NCBI RefSeq assembly: GCF_009834535.1
Contig: NC_045698.1
Location: 15,502,001 to 15,566,000, forward strand
DNA length: 64,000 nucleotides
DNA from: Camelus ferus
Lineage: Eukaryota
Reading direction: 5' to 3'
A program made the translations under genes and the position numbers. The notes beneath the pieces are model-generated. The model did not search any database and was not told the origin of the DNA. It worked only from the letters and a program-made list of their open reading frames with translations. The stretch's first letter is position 1; the number at the start of each line of letters is the position of its first letter. Positions 13,240 through 26,545 of the stretch are shown piece after piece.

Positions 13240-13765
13240 CCCCCCAAATTTTAATCCCACCTAATGGGCAGCACTGTTCCTACACATCCTCGTATTTCAC
13301 TGTCTCCCTCACACTGCTGGGTGTGTTAGGAGGAGCTTGACTCCCATGGAGACATTTGGTTCAAGTCTAAACTCACCAACTTGAGTCTTTTTTTTTGTCC
13401 CCTGGTTAATAATGGTTGGTTAAGGAATGTAAATATAACCCATTTCAAGCCAATAAAACCAGAGGAGATTTTTGATAAGACTTTCTAGGAAATGCTCTCT
13501 TTTTTCTTTTTCTCTGGACACTGGTGTACACATGGCTGGAACTGCTCTAATTATTTCAACAGCTTGGGGGAAACATGATGGGAGACCGTGGCACATGAGA
13601 GGCCACACCCAGGAATCTCAGGAAAGGTCATGAGGAGTCTTGCTCTGAAAGGATTACAGCTCAGCCTCGAAGCATCTTGATGATTTGACACCATACGTCC
13701 AGTTTTGTGTGAGATTTTATACTTTAAGTTGGATTGGGGTTTTCTGTTACTTCCAAATTAACAAA
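13240..13765 (+). mobile_element. MLT1 (MaLR, MLT1J/K-like) LTR
   Basis: ttggttaaggaatg...aagccaat...ttctaggaaa...tggctggaactgct and 3' end tttaagttggattggggttttctgttacttccaa. Confidence 0.65.
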
Positions 13766-13767
13766 AT

Positions 13768-13925
13768 TTTGGCAAGTCACTTAAATAGTCTAAGTCTCTG
13801 TTACTTCAAATAAAAAAATGGGAGTATAAATAGGCAACTCAGGGAACTTATTTATGAGTTAATGCATGTAAATTGCTTAGCGTAATAACCGGCACATGGA
13901 GGACTCACATCAAAACTGTTATTTA
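13768..13925 (+). mobile_element. MIR SINE
   Basis: ttggcaagtcacttaa...aaaatgggag...atgagttaatgcatgtaaattgcttagc...ggcacatgg. Confidence 0.8.
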
Positions 13926-14699
13926 AATTCTTCAACTTTAACTATAAAGCTTATTATGGGCTGAGATTTCCTTGTTTCCTTTTAATTCCAGTAACGTGTT
14001 CTACAAGTTGAAACAGAATCCAACCTTACCTCTTACCTAAATAACTTTTCCTTTACTGCAGGTCAGTCTTGGCGACAGGATTTTGAACGTATTATGGCTC
14101 TGTCCAAATCCTTCAGTGATATGTTATGAATCACTACACGCACTCTGAGTTCTTTCAAGACTGTTCATCATCTGATATCCATCCGTTTTCTCATTCTAAA
14201 CCTTAACTCTTCAATTTCTCCAAACCTCCACTCCAGGAAATATGTTTTATCCACTGTTCAACAAAAATTAGAGCTCTGCCAATTCATTTTTGGGTAATAA
14301 CTTTGAGCCTCTCATCCAAGAACTGGAAACCTGTATCTGAATTCCATAAGGAGTTTGCAAAGTATATATAAAGTATATATATGTAAGTCACCTTCTTTTA
14401 GTTTCTTCCACTATTGCCTGCTTCCCAGTCACTTCTTATAATCCAGTCTACCGCTGGGAGTACTACAGACAAACTCATTCATTGTTACACTTGCACGGAA
14501 TTTTCATCAGCTCTTTTTCTTAATTGAAGTCTTGCTTTCTCCTGAGCCTCCTAGCACTTTTAGGCATGCCTTCAGCTTCCCCGTACTGCTTCTGATTGAC
14601 TGACCTTCCCTACCACCCCTGAAAGGGGCTCCTCATGTTTACCTGTCTTCTCTGAGGGAATTTAATTGGTTGATGCAAATCTCTTTTTTCAGGTTGCTT

Positions 14700-15630
14700 C
14701 CAACTATGTTTGGTTTCATCAGCATCATTTACTCTTGGCTCTCTGCTTTCTCCCTTGATCACCATTTCTTAGTCTTCTTTATGGTCCCTTTTCTTCTCCT
14801 TGCCCTTTAATCGTTCGTGCACCCCAAGGTTTGTCACTCACCCCATGTGCCTAACGCTACAATGTCACTCATATTTGCCTCTAGGTACTAGTGACTGGAC
14901 CATCATTAACATTTTCCAGTTGCTTAAATAACAAAACTACATGTTAACTTAACCAAGATGTACCCAATTTCTTGGTTACATTCTAAATTAAAAAAAAAAA
15001 CAAAAAACGGTAACATTGTCTGCCTCCAGTCCAATCCCCTTTATTGGCTAAACATTGCTAAAATATGTTTGTCCTCTTCATCCTGCCACTACGCTTCTTC
15101 AAAATGTTACTGCTTGTCACCTGGATGATAGTGTTAAAATATTTAATAATTTCCCCTTTGCCCATTATCACACCTACTACATTCCCATTGTGTCCTTAAA
15201 GCTACATTCATCTTTCAAAAATGCAAATTTGATTTTGTCCTCAGCACCATCTCTAACACTTTTCGTGAATCTGCCTCTATTTACATCTCCAGGTTTATCT
15301 CTGTGACATTTTCTGCTGTCTCAATACAATATTACTTCCCTAAGACATAGTGCTACTTCATATCCTGCTCTTTATAGATGTGTTGTGGATATCAGACATG
15401 TCTCCTTTCGCCCAGGGGGACTTCAGCCCAAATTCAAGATGGCCTCAATAAGCCCCTCTTGCAGAAACTCATTTCCATATGTTCACAGAGCATCATGTCA
15501 GGTCTCTGACTAGGCAGCAAGCACCATACACAGTGAAGACAGCTTATGGTTCTTTTTTAATTCTGGCACCTGCTATGGAGTTTGGTACATAATCGGTACT
15601 TAACACATTTCTTTTGAATAAGTTAATTAA
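14700..15630 (+). mobile_element. L2 LINE, degenerate 3' portion
   Basis: Pyrimidine-rich L2-like body ending in the typical terminus tttggtacataatcggtacttaacacatttcttttgaataag. Confidence 0.6.
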
Positions 15631-16360
15631 AAAATTAGTGAGTTTGGACTTTAAAACATTTTTGATTGGACAATGTTAGAAGTTTCCAGTGAAGTCTTTA
15701 TTATAACCCTTGACTCAGGCCAAACATTCAACGTCCCTTCGTCTCAACGTTTATGGTAGTGATGCTGCCTCACTGTCTGTTACAGAAATCAAAGGTGCAG
15801 CTTCAAATCAAAAGTGACTTGAGAGCTGTTAATGACAGTGGCCGAGGAATACAAGAAACCAATTACTAGCTTGTGAGTGATCCCAACACATCAACCCCTG
15901 CGAAGTCTACAGAAGATTATATGATTCTACTCTTAGGTTCAAGGAAGAGAATAAACTTTTGCAGAAGCAAGGACTGTACTGAGGTCCTGTCTCTGGAAAA
16001 TCCATTACAATACAGTCGAGAACTTGCTGCATCAGTTCACATTACCTGGAATCAAGTGATCTTGATTATTGATGACTTGACAAACTCAAAGACATGTCAC
16101 TGCAATATTTGCAGAAGTGCTCACAGATCCCCATGTACACTGATAGAGAGCATGTTCAGCTCTAAAGCAGCAGCAATTGTCACCATTATTGTTTAGATAA
16201 TCTTAGCTGATGGAGAAAGATGTGCTATTTGTGTATTAGCCCTGTGATTTAGTATAAACACTTTGTTCCTTTTGTGCTGTGATTCATTGTTGCAGTCATT
16301 TAGGCTGAGCTTGAATTTTAGTAATTGTTAAAGAAATAAAAGACTTGGACACCTACAGCA

Positions 16361-16577
16361 CAGTTGACCCTTCAACAACGATTTTGAATTGTGCAGGTCC
16401 ACTTATACGGAAATTTTTTTCAATAATTAATACTGCAGTTCTACACAATCCAAGATTGGTTGAATTCAGGGATGTGAAACTGTGGATAAGGTGGAACTGT
16501 GGATTCTGAGAGCCAACTATAAATTAAACCTGGATTTCCAACTGTGTAGAGGGTAGGAGCCCCTCTTCCTTGTGTTC
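16361..16577 (+). mobile_element. MER8-like TcMar-Tigger non-autonomous DNA transposon (right TIR lost)
   Basis: Starts with TIR cagttgacccttcaacaac. Body tttgaattgtgcaggtccacttatacgg...ggaactgtggat...ccaactata...agggtaggagcccct matches MER8. Confidence 0.85.
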
Positions 16578-18289
16578 TGCTGGTTCTTTTAGATCCACTG
16601 TCATCCAGTTGATCAGGGAAGAAATGTACTGCAGCTAAACAAAATTCAGACTTTACTAGATTTCATTTGCCTGCTAATCATCTCCCAATTGATGAACAAA
16701 TGACAATGGATAAGGCAAACAATTTGATCTCAGTTTTTATTCTTCTACAAAATGGGAGATTTGGAATAGATGCCTTTCGATTCCCCTATACAAACATATG
16801 TTGTAATTCTAGACAAAATAGCCTGAATGAATTCATAGTCGATGAGGTTAAACTTTGATGGATTTATCAACTTTACTTCACCTAAGTTTCTATCAAATTT
16901 TCACTTTATGTAAGTTTCTGTCTTGAGAATGGAACCTAAGGATTGAATTTGAAAAAGTTATAGTTATATTTCTCATGGTGATGTATGGTGGTGTATGTTT
17001 TCATTTAGAAAAAAACTTTAAAAGTTGGACATGAGTTTTAAAGCTTATCAAAAAAGAAAAATAACATATGCATTATCATTAATGTATAGGATAATGATCT
17101 GTTTATTAACCCCTTTGAACTTTTCAGAGTAACACATAAAATGAAAGATAAAAAACCCTTATATCACTAAACTATAGTTTTAATGCATGCTTTATGGAGC
17201 ATTGAGCTTAACTCACTACCTGCACAATATATGTCTATAACTTGGAAGCATTTCTATTACTTAAGTTGAAAAAATTTGATGTTACTTTAAAATACATGTT
17301 TGATTACAAAAATAGAATTAACTATGACATTATTTCCAAATGAAAGCTGTATCTTTTAATTCATTTATAAATCTATTATTTACCATGAGGATTCTCCCAT
17401 TACACTAAAATTACTCCTTTTCACTATTTCAGTGAATATGTTGTTATATGGAGTGTCCCACATACAGTATTTTTTAAAAAGCTTTCAAGTTGTAAGCCAG
17501 CCATAAAATATAGTGCAGATTAAAAGATAAAAAAGGAATTAAAGTCTAAGAGAGAGTGAGTTATAGCTAGAAGGGGTTACTCATGAATTTCTTTTATGAC
17601 CCAGCTGAGGAGACAGAGGAGAGATCAAATGAAAAGTGGGCAGACAGCAGAAGATGGTGGTCCAGGAGCACCAGAATATGCAGAATATTACGGCATGAAT
17701 TCGACTCATATAAACTTAAAAGATAGATTGAGAACTTGATGAAGGGCAATTTTGCCTGGTACAATTACGACTTATGGGCTCGTGGTTTTAAAAAAGAAGC
17801 TTTGGGAATTGCTCAGGAATACTGTGAGTTGTATTAACGAAGAAAAAAATGAAAATAAAAATAAATGGTGTCAGAATGTGGGTTCTTATCTCCCCCAAAG
17901 TCCTCAAGCTACACATTTAACAAGTTTCTTGAGAGCATGCTGCAACCCTTAATCAAATTGTTCATGTTATTTTGACCAACAGACAAAATAACTTTCAACA
18001 TTTGGAGAAGACAATGTTAAAAGAATTTCTTCTGTCACAATACAAAAAACATTAGCTATCAACAATGAAATTGTCTAAATCTTAGCATATGATGACAACA
18101 AAATTAACTAGTCTTTTATCTCTCTACTTTTTAAATCTCCAATTCACTGGCTCTATCTCACCAGCTTGAAGATAGCAGGCAGGCAGATTAATAAGAAGAT
18201 GGCAGGCAGACAATGTGCTGATGTTAATAAATGGCTGATAAAGCAACCCCCTCTCTCTGCATGATCATCAGTGGAAAGACCAGGCACTT

Positions 18290-18560
18290 GCGATGGCTGG
18301 AAAGATCGTCCCTGAACACTTAAAAACTGCCTTCCTGTGATTTTCACCAAGTTGTCCCCATTTTCCTCGCTGGAGATACCGAGGATCTGTAGCTTACATG
18401 ATGACCTTTAAGTACTGGCAGTTAGCTGTCATGTTCCTCCTTATCTTTCTTCTTTTCTTCCAACTGAACACTCCATACTCTTCAACCATGTCTTGTGTAA
18501 CATGATTTTTCACCATGTCCCTCTTGTTCTGCTCTCCCTGGTCCCTCCGGCACTGCTAAA
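18290..18560 (-). mobile_element. CR1/L3 LINE fragment
   Basis: tttaagtactggcagttagctgtcatgttcctcc...cttttcttccaactgaacactcc...tcttcaacc resembles the antisense L3 3' region. Confidence 0.6.
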
Positions 18561-19282
18561 TGTCACTCCTGGTACTCAGAAATGAATTCTTGAGTTGTAG
18601 AAAAAGCAGTACCAGGTTGTAGGAGGCTGTCCTTTAATATTAACTTTATCAGAACTTGTACTAGGTAATTAACTACACTGTGAGGCACAAGAGCGAGGAA
18701 TAAAACTACTCTCGGACCAGTGCTGAGGAGTAGACGGCGTAAGTGGGGATTGTCTCAAATCCAGTCTTTCTTCTCTTAGCCCCAGGTTATCTTTCAGCTT
18801 TTTTTTTTTATTAGCACCAATTAATGAGCCAATTAATTGAGCACTCAGTCTAAACAAAAAGCCTGAGGGTATAAGATAAAAAAACAGACACATTAAGGAG
18901 AGTCTGATAAGAGGGCTATGTTAGCCAGGTCTGGGGCAGGGTTCTACAAGCAAATATTTGGTTACGATATACTCAAAGGTTAAATTCTAAATTGATGTCA
19001 ACCTAGTCATGTAGAGGATCTGAGAAAGAAAAGGAGGACGTATGTTTTCCTTTCTTTTTCCTCCCATAATTTTGTTTAATAAAAATTTAGATTATTAAAT
19101 GTTTTTTTCTTTAAATGAAACATAGAGACTTAGATTTCTAGCTTTAAGAAGGGAATTCCTAGTTCACTGCACACACCTCTTGTGTTAGTTCATTGATAAC
19201 ATACTTCACTAACAACACTAGGAGATGGGGAGCACTTCAGTCCAGAAAATAATGTATAATGTTTCATCGAAATACAGAAGTA

Positions 19283-19425
19283 GGCAGAGGATATAGCTCA
19301 AGTGGAATATAGTGCATTCTGAGTACACACAAGGTCCTGAGTTCAATTCCCAGGACCTCCTCTAAAAATAAATAAATAAATAAATAAACCTAATTAGCCC
19401 TCCCAAATATATAAAAATAAAAAAT
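19283..19425 (+). mobile_element. tRNA-derived SINE (camelid vic-1-like), full length
   Basis: A-box tagctcaagtgg, B-box gagttcaattccc, tail (aaat)n aaacctaatta. 13-bp TSD aaatacag(a/g)agta at 19270-19282 and 19426-19438. Confidence 0.92.
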
Positions 19426-19469
19426 AAATACAGGAGTAATATATCATTACAGAAATTAAATTCACTCAT

Positions 19470-19800
19470 TACCTTAATATCTAGAAGCCATTTCCAATAA
19501 TATTTTTAAGTTTTCTTGTTTCTACACAGATTTAAGTAAATTGAGGTCATACTATTCATAATATATTGTAACCTATGTTTGAAAATAATACTATATAGTG
19601 ATAACCATTCGGCTTTTAAATATAATTGGATGACATGCTGTTAAGAAACACACAATATTTCATCAAATTAGTTATCTCACTGTTTTTTAAAAAAGCAATC
19701 CATCATCAATGTCATCTAATTTATTTCATGTTTTCACCATTATAAATAAGGGCACACTGTACCTCCTTGCATATGCAAATGGGTGCACGTTAGATAATTC
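19470..19800 (-). mobile_element. Ancient L1 (L1ME-like) 3' fragment
   Basis: aaattgaggtcatactattcat...caatattt...ttttcaccattataaataa resembles antisense old L1. Confidence 0.4.
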
Positions 19801-22800
19801 ATTTATTTCAAAGTAAGTACTAAGATTTAAAATAGAAAAAAAAATCTGATTGTATCTATGTCTATGTATCTCATTTATATCTGATCTGATAGAAAAATAA
19901 ATGTATTTAGGGTGCTACCCATATATTTTTAATTAGAAAAATATAAGATCAATATGCCTCATTGTATGTAATAACTTTCATATTTTATCTCAAAATTTTT
20001 TTTTTAATAAAAAAGAGAGAAATAACACCATATTTTCTAAAAAGTAGTATTGGATTATTGAAAGTACTTACGGTCTTCATTTCTGAACCCAAAAATGTGT
20101 AAGGGATATTTTTCTTTTAAATATGAACGTAATTTAGCATAACAAAATGGGAGCAGGGAGATCTGGTTTCTGGCTCACTGCAGAGGAACATTGCAATTCC
20201 GATCAGGAAGCCCTCCAGTCTGTGAACACATTTCCCTCCCTGTCACGGCCAGTTTTAGTAAAGCTGTAGTTGTCTGCACCTGTAACCAGACAGGCCAACA
20301 TCGCCTTTCTGGGGCTTATCTTTGGAAAGGAAAATATTACCAGTAATGTGCTCGGAAGCTAGACTCTTGAAGCTACTCTCACAGAAGTAATGTGAAACAA
20401 AATATTTTAGAAGCCTCTTCCTAGTCTGGATATTCACATGTGTGCAGCCTTGATAACACACGTCATCAGTGTCCTGAATACTGAACAAAATCAGCAAGAC
20501 ATATATTTCTGCTCTTTTGCATTCTGGACATTACCGTGTATATGTGTTTTTTTGTTTCCCCTTTTTGTCTCCTGTAAGAAGTAACCCATATCCATAAAAG
20601 TAATGCTACTGTTTCTCTATATACATGATGAAGAACAGGTGCCTTTGCCTAACACCCTTTTCCTCTAGCATCAGAGCCCAGAGCTGCTTTTGTTAGCACA
20701 TCACTTACCAATAACCGGCAAGAATTGACTTTAATGCCTACGGAATGCAGTAAAGTATTAGGTGTCGTCTAAGATACTTCCTTTTATAATACAAACTATA
20801 TTTGACCAGACAAACATAAATCTCAAAGCTTCATTCTATGTTTCAGGAAATACAGGAGGGGAGTTTAAATGATTGACTCTTAAATTAACCAATTCCAGAC
20901 ATAACATTCTATTTTTTGCTTTGCAAAATTATGGTAAGCACTCATACTTTGTGTGTGTCTCATGAGTATTTCTATTTCAAAATCTAAATAACTACTTTCC
21001 TTTAATTGTTAAGATTTATTTTCCTCAATAATCTTCCCATTGCAACACACTACCCAGCACAGCATCCACCACAAATATTTAATTAATGGTTACTTAAATG
21101 GCTGAATACTTTTTTATGAATGCAACTCTTGGATCAATGTGTAAAGTCAATTATTTTGCATAATAGTTAACGGCAAATAAAAAGAGTAAAAAGACCTGCA
21201 TTCTTACTTTCAATTAATTATTTGGTTAAGGTAGGATTTCAATTATTGTATTTCTTATGTGTTTTCACTATTCTAAGGTACAATGGATTTTAAACTCAGT
21301 GGAGAAGGATAAACAATTATTATGTGTTTTATATTTGTTTATTTTCATTTGCATATTGGTAAATATGGATGTGTTCCACACCCATTAAACCACAAGTATA
21401 CATGTAGAGTGACCCGACATACGTAGCTTTTGCAACAGAGATGCACATACATAAACTACAAGACTGTCTGTGATCCCTATATATTTGAAAAGTAGACTAG
21501 CTCAATAAAGCTTATTTTGTAAGGCTGTATCAAAAATATAAAGATATCATCAAGTATAGTTTATGAAATAAATATGACTATCACTATATAGAAAAAATAA
21601 AAAAAATAGAAAATTTAAAGTAAAAAATAAATGTAATATAGTTTTATATTAAAGAAAAATATCAAAATTAAAAAGTAAGTTGAAAGAGAGAAAAATCTGT
21701 CTCTTTACAATTGGCATAGCTGTTGCCCATATTATCTAAACTAGATAAACATTATGTCTGCATGGAATGCAGACCAGCATTCCAATCAGTGGTGAAATTA
21801 AGTCCAAAAGTTGATGTCAGTATACCCAAAACACCTTTCCAAAAGAAAGACCCACCAGCCATCTCTTGAGTTGCTTACATATATCATAACTGCAATGTAC
21901 AGTGTTATATTAAGCATAAGATCTCATTCATTTTAGGTCAGTATAACATGTGAGATAAAGAATTAGGAGAAGATTAAAAGTTACCAAAAATGCATCCTTC
22001 GGTATTTGATCCCTTTTATATTGAAAACAGAATTAACTTACAAATATGGAATTTGCAGGCTCAGCCCTAATTTTGGAAAACTCAGCAAGAATATTAACAT
22101 TGCATCCATCAAAGACTCAGGATTTTTGAGCGAGAAGTTACTTAAGGTAAAATCTCTTTTTACCCACCATTGTTTAAAATGAGGAAAAGAGCCAGAAAAT
22201 AGTTAACCAATTACATGTCACGTGGTCTATTACTGTACTGTCACAGCTGGCAGAAAGCCTTGAAACCCTTCATTATCAGGGCAGTGCTATTTCCTCTGCC
22301 CAACATTAAAGAAAATCTTCATTCCATCAGCATTTCTTACCTAGACAAACCCTGAGGGCAGGTGAATGATGTGGCTCGTGAGACAAACACAGTCAAAATT
22401 AATGAATGTTTACCTACTTTTCTGAGGCCACTTTTCATAGTAAATAACTCTCTGCAAGGCCACTGGCTCTACAAGGGTCAGAAGTCAGTCTTTGGATGAA
22501 GTCGTGTATATTTGGATGCGGCCAAAGTGGCTGTGTTTATCTCTGTGTGGGACAGTAAGAGTTTTCTTCAAGCAAATCGATGCTCCATGGTTGGTTTCTA
22601 TTCTTACTTAAGTCTCCTTGCTAAATGCACCTTATTAATTATTTGGAAACAAGGTGAGAGTGTGTGGCTAGATCAAATCAAAACTTTAAAGGATGGAAGG
22701 AAGGAAGGAAGGAAAGAAGAGAGAGAAAATTAGGGAAAACCCCAAATTTACACTTAATTGATGGCTACTAATTTGAGTTCTTTTGAACTTGTTCCAACTC

Positions 22801-25800
22801 TATGCTGGAAAAACTAGCTACCCTTGACTATTATGCCAAACTGATTTAAGACATTCAGTTTTAAATCCATATAACTGCTTTCAGGTAAATTATTTCAAGT
22901 AAATAAAATCATATTTAAATTCATACCATTTTCATCAAAAAATAAAAATGATTATAGAACTGAAGTCTAGTTTGGAAATAAAAAATACACAAGGTTTTGA
23001 AATGACTCCTGTGAGAGTGTTAGTAATTCCATTTGTTTTTGTTTAATAATAATAATAATAAAAATCTAGTGATTGATAAATAGCTTCTGGGTTTACTCAT
23101 ACAGATATTTGGCAAGGCCCAGGGTGATGTGGTTATCAATCACGGTGATGAGCTGTCTTGTTCATTTAATATGACTTTTCCTGGAATGCAACACAATCCC
23201 CTTAGAGAACCCTATGGCAGTAGAGTGGATGGTGATTTTAGGATGGCAGCGGGAATAAGCAACCTATTTCATTGCTGTCACTTTCCTCACATTCCCCAGT
23301 CATATGCAGACTGTCACTTAGATCCAGAGATCCATTTGTACTGAGAAAGAAATAATCTTTCCTCTTTCAGTCTAATTTTATTCATCAGAGTTTTAAAAGT
23401 CATAAATTCTTCCTTGTGGCAGACACTCATGTCAAATATTAAAAATGTTTATTTCAATTTAGATATATGAGCTACTAAATATGTTTATAGAAATGTTTGT
23501 ACCAATTTGTCTACAATGAGAAATCTTTGGAAACTCTAGTGAAAAATGGTTCTCAGGGATCTGATCTATGGCTCTTCTGACCCTCAAAGAAACTGTGATA
23601 CTCCCTGCATCAGTTTTAAGAAAAGCGAAAGCATGATGACACATCTCTGTGTTCTTCCTTACAAAACCAGACTGAGCCAATAAATAGACTTCAATAACAA
23701 CTTAGTAAAATAATTACATCTGCCAATGTAATAATATGATGTAGAGTAAAGTCAGAACAAGTAACCACTCAGCAATGCTTCACATAGAATTGGTCTTGCT
23801 CTGGATACAAGGACTGAGTAGATCAAGTTTGCCTTTGATGGCTGCTTCCCCATTCTCCTCCACTCACCAGTCACTTCACCACATTCCTCTGCATCTTGCT
23901 TTTGTCCCTATCTTTTGAACATCATATCTACTAGCAGATATCTCATTTGCACTGCACCTTAAATGACTCAGGACAGTTTTGATCATTACCTTTTAGCTTA
24001 ATTGTGAAATTTCAAGCACAGATGGCTCATTCTAATGGGTGTTTGTAGGAATTATTTAGTCTAAGCTGTGGTTGAGGACAGAAGGCTGGAGTCAGGAATT
24101 ATACTAATAGAATCAGAAAAAAAAAATGGCCACAATAAAAGGAAAATTCAACAGAGTTGGGAGAGAGAACAAAATTGGGTCCAGATATGTACAAAGAGTC
24201 TGGAAAAGGGCACATCAGAAAAGGCAAAAATTCAGACACACCATTTTATGAGCATAGACACACCTAGAGAAATATTTGGGCTGCTTCTTTTTTTGCTAAA
24301 TAGTGCTGCTTACATTTATGAGCTATATCTAAGAGTCACCAGCTTCATCTAACAATGTCTTTGAATTTTTGATGCAGTACTACAAAATTAGGTTTTTTTT
24401 TTTAGCTATTCAATTTTTCAAGAATAAAATTCCAAATATTTTTTATAATTTTGATCGATATTTACTGCAAAATGTATCAATGTCCTGACACTGATTGTTT
24501 TAATGAACTGTATATTTTTATATTTACTATGATATAAAAACAAAAACAAATGTAACACTTATGATGAATTATATAACCCTTCCCCACTACTTGTGTTGAA
24601 GCCTAGAAGAGTTATAAAGCAATCAATTCTTAAGAGAAACATGTGAACTGAAATATTTCCCTAAGCCAATAGCTGCACTTAAGATTTTTCTTTGTCATTA
24701 ACTATAGTCAAGGAATAAATGTCTTATTTCATGGAAGAGAGATTCAAAAGTTTCATACTGTAATTAAGTATTCACTCAAAAAAAATATTTATTTAATGCT
24801 TGTGACTGGTTTTGTGTTAGGTGCTGGTATGTGGAAATGACTAAGGGAAATAGCTCTTAAATAAGGTAAAATAGGTGTCTAATAACACACACAGAACACA
24901 CACACACCAAAATAAAATGCAATAGGTTTTAGTAGGTGTAGAAACACATTTAAGACACATACATACACAAACACCAAAATAAACATGCAATTTGAAAGAA
25001 CAGTAACTTGATTTTTCTTTTACCCTGGAAATCTGTATATAATTTTTAGCCAAATCATATAAAGAGCATTATTCCTTTTTGAATTTGGAATGTATTCAAA
25101 ACTTCCAAAAGGTTTTTCTGACCAAGCTCTGAAGTTGAAATAGAGTTGATTGCTTTTTTATCTGTATCTCTTTAGAACATATAAAGGAATCTAACATTAC
25201 CTGTGTAAGTCTCTCTTCCTGGATGAGTTGTGACTGTTTCTCATTCCTCCAATAGCTCCCATGTATAAGAGCATAGGTCATTGATAATGTTTATTCAAAT
25301 TAATTAAAACTGAAATAAAATGAATCTATATAGTAAAGAAACTGAAAAAGGACTTGTTTTCAGACAACTAATACTTATTAACCTGCTGTTCTATTACTAA
25401 TTAGTTGACTTTCTAAGCCATTTATCTTTATTGGTTATTAAAAGGGAGGATAGAAGATGGTGTAGGTAAGGGAACAGAGTTAATGAGAGGAGATAAATGT
25501 GTATGAAACTTCTAAGGGCTTTCTGAGAGAAATGGAATATACTGCCACCTTCCTCACCCTACCCCTCACACATTCCTTCTCTGAGAATACTAATGGGGTT
25601 AACATTTGTGGTCCAAACCAAAAATCTAGCAAGGAGGTACATTATGGTTCCGTGAGGGAAGGAAACAGAAATGAGTAGTCTTGTCCTAGTGCTGAGTAGA
25701 GAGAAGAAACCATGGTTCCACATCCATGTGTTCTATTAACACACGGAACTTCCTTGACAGAGAACATCACAGAGGGCTCATCCTTCTGTTACAAAACCTA

Positions 25801-26503
25801 CTGTTCCAGAAGCAATCTTCAGTCTATTAGAGTGGCAGGGATTTTCTCTGAGCTACAAACAGGACACCGCGGGAAACTGCAGCACCCCGGTAGCCACATT
25901 GCTGCTCTTTCTTTCTTTCCTCGGGGACCAGCTGAGCTGCTGACAACAAACCACCTCTTGCCCGCAGAAGTGTGTCAGTGCCCGGAGGGGCGTCTGCTCC
26001 CCACCTGCAGCCGCTGAGGAAAGGGAGCTCAACCCCGCCCTCCGAGAGACCCAAGTCCGGCCAGAGTGGGCGGGTACAAGCGCCCATCACTGAATGTACA
26101 GGTAGATAGTGGGGCCGGCTTCCTTCAAATGATTATGCATGATGGTAAAGATATTAAGACCACTCCGTGTTTGAGAGCAAGCAGAGCCTGGATGCCCACT
26201 CCAGCACCGGACGGAGCCCCTTAAATCTCACTTCATTCAGCAGTGTGGCTCTTGGCTGTAACGCGAGCTCCAGGAGAAGAATGAACCAAGCTAAACAACT
26301 CCTTTCCCATGGGAGCTACCAGATACATTTAGGGAAGGCAGATTGGCTTTCATGCCTCTACTTAGTGTCAGGTTTGAGTAATGAATTCTGGTCTTAAATG
26401 AGATATGCTATCAGCCCCTTCAGCTGGAATGATAGACAGTCAGCCATATATACTTAATTGGATAAAGTTAGAGAGTCATCAAAGGACTGCAAGAAAAAAA
26501 AAA

Positions 26504-26545
26504 AAGATCATATATATATATACATATATATATATATATGATCTT
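26504..26545. repeat. 42-bp palindrome AAGATCA-(TA)n-TGATCTT
   Basis: Perfect 19-bp arms 26504-26522 and 26527-26545 around a 4-nt centre (cata). Confidence 0.9.

Noticed and set aside
15873..16196. 107-aa plus-strand ORF
   Set aside because: GTG start, no recognisable similarity, and length compatible with chance.
19283..19360. tRNA-like A and B boxes
   Set aside because: This is the SINE head: it has a tail and TSD, and no convincing cloverleaf.
22364..22430. C/D-box snoRNA-like atgatg...ctga
   Set aside because: Box C is imperfect and there is no convincing terminal stem; expected by chance.
25878..26220. REST/RE1-like strings (cagcaccccggtagc; ccagcaccggacgg)
   Set aside because: Right half-site or spacing does not fit TTCAGCACCnnGGACAG.
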